Shown in pieces: positions 27,188 through 32,000 of a stretch of DNA of 32,000 nucleotides. The notes under the pieces were generated by a model. The model saw nothing but the letters and a program-made list of their open reading frames with translations, did not search any database and had not been told where the DNA came from. Each line of letters starts with the position of its first letter. The stretch's first letter is position 1. Origin of the DNA: Candidatus Paracaedimonas acanthamoebae. GTDB taxonomy: Bacteria > Pseudomonadota > Alphaproteobacteria > Caedimonadales > Caedimonadaceae. The DNA lies in assembly GCA_000743035.1 (NCBI GenBank), contig CP008936.1, forward strand, positions 900,001 to 932,000, given 5' to 3'. The position numbers and the translations under genes are program-made.

Positions 27188-27805
27188 ATGTCAACTTGCC
27201 TTCCGGTTCTTTATTCATTTCGGCGTTGCCCATATGCCATGCGAGCAAGATTAGCTCTCTATTCAGCAAAAGTTTCTCATGAACATCGTGAGGTAAATTT
27301 AAAAAATAAGCCTCTTGAAATGCTTACCATTTCACCAAAAGGAACTGTCCCTGTAATGATTTTAGAAAATGGAGACCTTCTTGAAGAAAGCTTAGATATT
27401 ATGAAATGGGCTTTTAAGGTATCTAGTTTATCAACAGAAGATATCCTATTAATCAGGGAGAATGATACAACCTTTAAACAAGCATTAGATCGCTATAAAT
27501 ATCCTGGCCGATATTTAGAGAAAATTGGTATCAATTATCAGGAAGAATGTGAATATTTTTTGAGAAAACTTGAAAATCAATTAGCTCCATTCTTAAATGG
27601 AAACATGTTGACTCTTGTAGACCTAGCAATATTCCCTTTTATTCGGCAATTCTCTATGGTCAACCCTGATTGGTTCGAGACACAACCTTATCCTCACATA
27701 CAAGTATGGTTAAATTTTTTCATCACAAATCAATTATTTAAGGACGTCATGCAGAAATTCTTATTCTGGACCCCAGAAAATAAACCAGAATTAGTATTAT
27801 TTTAA
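27188..27805 (+). CDS. Glutathione S-transferase family protein (thioredoxin-like N-domain with a CPY motif)
   Basis: 205 aa with LYSFRRCPYAMRARLAL, GTVPV and ESLDI, typical of the GST N-domain, followed by a helical C-domain. Confidence 0.75.
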   Translation: MSTCLPVLYSFRRCPYAMRARLALYSAKVSHEHREVNLKNKPLEMLTISPKGTVPVMILENGDLLEESLDIMKWAFKVSSLSTEDILLIRENDTTFKQALDRYKYPGRYLEKIGINYQEECEYFLRKLENQLAPFLNGNMLTLVDLAIFPFIRQFSMVNPDWFETQPYPHIQVWLNFFITNQLFKDVMQKFLFWTPENKPELVLF

Positions 27806-27882
27806 TATAATTTCTCTTTACGGAGAATAAACCCTACTTTGATAATATATGAATAATAGTAAAAAAAGAGGCTTCCAGAAAA

Positions 27883-28143
27883 GTGCTTTTTTTCTTTTTT
27901 AAGAAATCACCTAAAAATCTGAATAAATTAAAGCAGCAAACAGTAAATGGGATCAAAAACTTAACGACACTTCGAGAACTTTCAAGAATATTACGACAAA
28001 TAGAAGCAGTCTATTTACAAGCAAGAAATATAGGTATCAAATCTGAATATAATAAAATGGTTGAGGAAAATCTTAAAAAATTATACATGACATTAACTCC
28101 TCAAATTTTTAATTTTATTCCTTCAATTACTGATTTTATTTAA
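27883..28143 (+). CDS. Hypothetical small protein (doubtful)
   Basis: 86-codon ORF with a GTG start and no convincing SD. Its Lys/Asn-rich composition is typical of random ORFs in AT-rich DNA. It is the only ORF in the 400-bp gap between convergent genes. Confidence 0.2.
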   Translation: MLFFFFKKSPKNLNKLKQQTVNGIKNLTTLRELSRILRQIEAVYLQARNIGIKSEYNKMVEENLKKLYMTLTPQIFNFIPSITDFI

Positions 28144-28212
28144 TCATCTGCTGATAAATAATTCATTAATCTTTGATGTATTTTTTTTAATTACTTAATT
28201 AATATCTTCGCT

Positions 28213-28950
28213 CTAATCTGTTAAAAAGAAATCAATTGTAGAAACCACACGAATCTTTTTAATTAAAGAGTTATGACCTGAATTAAAGTCTTCAGTAGGC
28301 AAAGCATCTGCACTCATAATACGGAAAACTCCTTGATTTGAACGACGAATAGCACCAATGCGGCTTCCCGAATCTGCTGCAAACTGTTGAGCTAGTTCAC
28401 GCGCATTTTTAGTTGCTTCAGCAAGCATTTCTGGCCTTAACTCACGAAATTGAGTATATTGATATCTAATATCTGAACGTGAAATAGCGATTCCTTCCTT
28501 TATCAATTCACCTAAATGCCGGCTTGTTTCCTCGATCAGATCTACTTTTTGTGTGATAATTTTTAAAGAAAGATCAACGATAAAACGATGAGGAGGAAGC
28601 TGTCCTCCCCAATCACGCGCATGTGTATCATTGACTTGAGGTGAAGAACTTTTGATCTCTGCTTCTTCAAAACCAACTGTTTGAAGAAACTCTTGAACTT
28701 TAGTTTTTTGCTCACTGACTTGCTTATAAAGATCAGCTAAGTTATCTCCACTCAATCTGATTGCAATTTCCCAATCAGCACGATCAGATTTAACCGTACG
28801 CTCAACCAATCCTTTCACAGTCACATATCTTTCTGCTAACTTAAGGCTTTGTATCCCTTTAAAAATAAAAAAACCTGACAGTGATAACCCTATAGAGATC
28901 AACAACCCAAGAATTAATGCAGATAAAATAGAATTTGTCTTTTTTTCCAT
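28213..28950 (-). CDS. SIMPL (DUF541) domain protein with an N-terminal membrane anchor
   Basis: 245 aa with the N-terminal TM ILSALILGLLISIGLSLSGFFIF. The overall pattern (...VTVKGLVERTVKSD.A...I......L...Y......KV..FL...) and length fit the YggE/SIMPL family. Confidence 0.7.
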   Translation of the reverse strand: MEKKTNSILSALILGLLISIGLSLSGFFIFKGIQSLKLAERYVTVKGLVERTVKSDRADWEIAIRLSGDNLADLYKQVSEQKTKVQEFLQTVGFEEAEIKSSSPQVNDTHARDWGGQLPPHRFIVDLSLKIITQKVDLIEETSRHLGELIKEGIAISRSDIRYQYTQFRELRPEMLAEATKNARELAQQFAADSGSRIGAIRRSNQGVFRIMSADALPTEDFNSGHNSLIKKIRVVSTIDFFLTD

Positions 28951-29109
28951 AGTGAGCCTATCTCCTTATTTTAAATTATTTTTTACAATTCTATATCCCT
29001 CCTGCTCAAAAGTCTATGATTCAAATAAATAATCTTAAATTTGGCTTAAAGGTTTGATTTTCAGAAAATTTTGCATTAGAGTAACCTCCATCAAAAAATG
29101 AGGTTTTAA

Positions 29110-29760
29110 ATGGCTGGAATGAATGAGCTAATTGAGGAAATTAAAGAAGATGTTCGTCTTGATCAATTGGTTAAGTTTTGGAAAAAGTATGCAAATTTTA
29201 TTATTGCAGGCCTTCTTTCAATCATTCTAGTTACTGCTGGTAGTGTTTTTTGGGAACACCTTAAAAATCAAAAAAACTTAAAACATGCTGCTTCCTACGA
29301 AGAAGCTCTACGGGCCACAGATGCTAAGCTACCGGAAAAAGCCAAAGAAATTTTAGAATCCCTAAAAGATGAGCATGATGGTTACAATGTAATGGCAACT
29401 TTTAAAAAGGCGCATTTACCAAATGTCAGCCAGGAAGAACGATTTAAAATCTATCTCAATCTTGCTGAAAATAAGAAACTTGAGTCTAAATTTAGAGAAC
29501 TTGCTATTATCTTGTGGGGATATGAAGGGTTTGAGAACCTGGATCCTCATGCACTCAGGAAACAACTTGAACCTATTGCCAATGGAACAAGTGCATGGCG
29601 AGAGTCTGCTGTAGAGCTCTTAGGCCTCCTTGCAATTCGGCAAAATGACTTAAAAAAAGCAGCAGGACTTTTTAAGCTCTTGCTTGAAGATAAATATGCT
29701 TCACCAAGTATTAAAAGTCGTGCCATGGCTTACTTGGAACAAATTGGTGCTCTAAATTAA
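29110..29760 (+). CDS. YfgM-like TPR-type membrane-anchored protein
   Basis: 216 aa. It has an N-terminal acidic segment followed by one TM (FIIAGLLSIILVTAGSVFW) and then a helical repeat domain. It sits immediately upstream of bamB-der, as yfgM does in proteobacteria. Confidence 0.6.
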   Translation: MAGMNELIEEIKEDVRLDQLVKFWKKYANFIIAGLLSIILVTAGSVFWEHLKNQKNLKHAASYEEALRATDAKLPEKAKEILESLKDEHDGYNVMATFKKAHLPNVSQEERFKIYLNLAENKKLESKFRELAIILWGYEGFENLDPHALRKQLEPIANGTSAWRESAVELLGLLAIRQNDLKKAAGLFKLLLEDKYASPSIKSRAMAYLEQIGALN

Positions 29761-29777
29761 TAATGAAGGGATAGCTC

Positions 29778-31094
29778 ATGAGACAATATTACGGATATAT
29801 AGCCCTTACAGCCCTTCTTTTAAGTGGATGCGAGACTTTTCTTGGGAAAAAAGATAAAATACCATTAGAGGGGGTTCGTGAAGCTGTTCTCTTATCTACT
29901 GAAGAATACAATTTAGATGATTCTTTAAAAGATCATACTTTGAAACTTGAGGCTCCTGAAGCTAACCAAGCTTGGCCTATGGCTGGAGGGAACGCGCGCC
30001 ATGTGATGCCTCCACTACTTTTGAATCATGATTTTAAGCTAGTGTGGGAGCAAGATATTGGTCAAGGTTCTTCCTCTGAACATCGATTATTAAATGGCCC
30101 AATTGCCGTAGGAGATCATGCATATACGATTGATTCCATGGGTTTGGTGAGTGCTATTAATCTCAAAAACGGAAAGAAAGAATGGGAAACATATTGTATT
30201 CCGACTGATAGTTCAGCTCAACCTTTTGGTGGTGGATTAGCTTATGATCAAGGAAAAATTTATGCAGCAACAGCTCATGCTGAAATTCTTTCAATGGATG
30301 CAGAAACAGGAAAAATTTTATGGCGTTTTCCAACCTCAGCTCCTGTAAGAGCTGCACCAACAGTCTTTGAGGGAAAAATTTTTGTCATAACCATTAATAA
30401 CCAGCTTGAAGTATTCAATGCAAAAGATGGTCAACTCCTTTGGACGCATACAGGTATAGTTGAATCAGCCGGTCTTTTAGGAGGAGCAAGTCCTGCAGCC
30501 CATACGGGAGTTATTGTAGCCCCTTACTCTTCTGGCGAAGTATTTGCTCTTCGAATAGAAAATGGATATCCTTTGTGGTCTGAAACATTACAAGCGAACA
30601 AACAACTTGACTCAGTGTCCGCGCTTTCTCATATTAAAGCGCGTCCCATAATTGATAAAAATCTTGTTTTCTTAGTAAGCCACAGTGGCCGTATTAGCGC
30701 CTTAGATATGCGTAGCGGTCAATCTGTTTGGAGCCGCGACATAGGAGGAATTAGGACACCTGCAATCTCTGGCAGATACTTATTCATGCTTACAAATGAT
30801 AATCATTTAGTTTGCTTAATGAAAGACACAGGGCAAATTATATGGTCTCAACAGCTTGAATATTTTATGAACCAAGAAAAACAACAAGGAAAAGTCTTAT
30901 GGGCTGGACCAATTATTATTAATGATACTTTATTGGTAATTGGTTCAAATAAACAAGGATTATTGCTTGCAAGCCAAAATGGTAAAGAGATTAAAAAGTT
31001 TAAACTTCCTAATAAAGCAACCCTATCTCCTATTGTGATTAATAAAACTTTACTAGTTCTTCTCGATAATGGAACTTTAGTTGCCTATCAATAG
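29778..31094 (+). CDS. bamB: Outer membrane protein assembly factor BamB (PQQ-like beta-propeller lipoprotein)
   Basis: 438 aa with the lipobox LLLSGC and repeated G.i.a.d..tGk..W propeller blades. It shows conserved synteny with der. Confidence 0.85.
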   Translation: MRQYYGYIALTALLLSGCETFLGKKDKIPLEGVREAVLLSTEEYNLDDSLKDHTLKLEAPEANQAWPMAGGNARHVMPPLLLNHDFKLVWEQDIGQGSSSEHRLLNGPIAVGDHAYTIDSMGLVSAINLKNGKKEWETYCIPTDSSAQPFGGGLAYDQGKIYAATAHAEILSMDAETGKILWRFPTSAPVRAAPTVFEGKIFVITINNQLEVFNAKDGQLLWTHTGIVESAGLLGGASPAAHTGVIVAPYSSGEVFALRIENGYPLWSETLQANKQLDSVSALSHIKARPIIDKNLVFLVSHSGRISALDMRSGQSVWSRDIGGIRTPAISGRYLFMLTNDNHLVCLMKDTGQIIWSQQLEYFMNQEKQQGKVLWAGPIIINDTLLVIGSNKQGLLLASQNGKEIKKFKLPNKATLSPIVINKTLLVLLDNGTLVAYQ

Positions 31095-31102
31095 TATGAA
31101 GC

Positions 31103-32000
31103 ATGAGTAAGCACCTTAAAATCGCGATTGTTGGAAGACCTAACGTTGGAAAATCAACACTTTATAATCGCCTTGCTGGGCGTAAGCTGGCAATTGTTGA
31201 AGATACTCCAGGAGTGACGCGTGACTGGCAAAAGACGCAAGGACACCTTTGGGACCTAAGTCTTGAAATTTATGACACTGCAGGTCTTGAAGGCTTTGAA
31301 TCAACACTCATTAAAGATCAGATAATTACACAGATGTTAAATGTTTTAACTGATGTGGATGTTATATTAATGATTATTGATAGTCGGGAACCTATCTTGG
31401 CGTCTGATCGTAAACTAGCTGAGATGTTAAGACGGTTAAAAAAGCCCGTAATATTGATAGCAAATAAATGTGAAGGCCGCCAAAGACAAGAAGGTTATTT
31501 AGAATCATTTACTTTAGGTTTTGGAGATCCTATCCCCTTTTCTGCCGCCCATGGTGAAGGACTTGATGAGCTTTATCCAGCTTTGTTACCTCACGCAAAA
31601 AATTTTGAAATTTTAGAAACTAAAAACACTTCAAATGAACAATTAAAGCTTGCAATCGTTGGTAGACCTAATGTTGGAAAGTCAACTCTAATGAATGCAT
31701 TGTTAGATGAAGAACGTTTATTGACAGGAAATCAACCAGGAATCACTCGAGATGCTATAGCCATTGATTGGTCCTATAAAGGTCATCCTATTCAACTTAT
31801 TGACACTGCAGGAATGAGACGAAAAGCACGAATTGATGATCGACTCGAGCGTCTTTCAGTTCAGGATAGTCTAGAAACTATACGGTATGCACAAGTTGTT
31901 ATCATCGTCATGGATGCTAATGATCCCTTAAATAAACAAGATCTTACAATTGCCTCTCATGTTTTAGAAGAAGGGCGCGCGCTTATTATTGCATTGAATA
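31103..32000 (+). CDS. der: Ribosome-associated GTPase Der (EngA), 3' end beyond the window
   Basis: Not in the ORF track because the frame is open to the window end. The ATG at 31103 gives MSKHLKIAIVGRPNVGKSTLYNRL...DTAGL...NKCE. A second G-domain follows with LKLAIVGRPNVGKSTLMNAL...DTAGMRR. Confidence 0.93.
   Translation, partial: MSKHLKIAIVGRPNVGKSTLYNRLAGRKLAIVEDTPGVTRDWQKTQGHLWDLSLEIYDTAGLEGFESTLIKDQIITQMLNVLTDVDVILMIIDSREPILASDRKLAEMLRRLKKPVILIANKCEGRQRQEGYLESFTLGFGDPIPFSAAHGEGLDELYPALLPHAKNFEILETKNTSNEQLKLAIVGRPNVGKSTLMNALLDEERLLTGNQPGITRDAIAIDWSYKGHPIQLIDTAGMRRKARIDDRLERLSVQDSLETIRYAQVVIIVMDANDPLNKQDLTIASHVLEEGRALIIALN

Noticed and set aside
29423-30360. ORFs 29423..29614 (+) inside the yfgM-like gene and 30163..30360 (-) inside bamB
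   Set aside because: These are alternative-frame and antisense shadow ORFs.

Overview
AT-rich bacterial chromosome segment. By eye, coding regions are roughly mid-30s % GC; this was not computed. Gene content points to an alphaproteobacterium with a reduced genome, possibly an intracellular Rickettsiales/Holosporales-like lineage (inference). The supporting genes are split pntAA/pntAB/pntB, a Ros/MucR regulator, an NDUFS4-like ETC_C1 protein, miaB-phoH-ybeY-corC-lnt-trmB synteny and yfgM-like-bamB-der synteny. About 27 protein genes are mostly housekeeping and lie on the minus strand up to ~27.0 kb, then mostly on the plus strand. There is one initiator tRNA-Met. I do not see a convincing new multi-gene system such as defence, secretion or a biosynthetic cluster. 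The least ordinary item is a non-coding repeat element. Its 601-bp AT-rich, pyrimidine-skewed, hairpin-rich module occurs twice in direct orientation with no mismatch found by eye (1-601 and 8250-8850). Copy 1 is cut by the window edge. In copy 2 this module is fused to a ~600-bp GC-rich island (about 7640-8249) made of short GATCCC...GGGATGAC palindromic units. The whole of copy 2 is bracketed by a 12/15-nt inverted repeat and lies next to tRNA-fMet. Other points: a Lon protease lacking the N-terminal LON domain and starting with a hydrophobic segment; two gene relics missed by the ORF track (an algH/yqgE C-terminal remnant and a GNAT gene with an internal deletion); a MucR homologue with two of four zinc ligands substituted; and an initiator tRNA with A29:U41.
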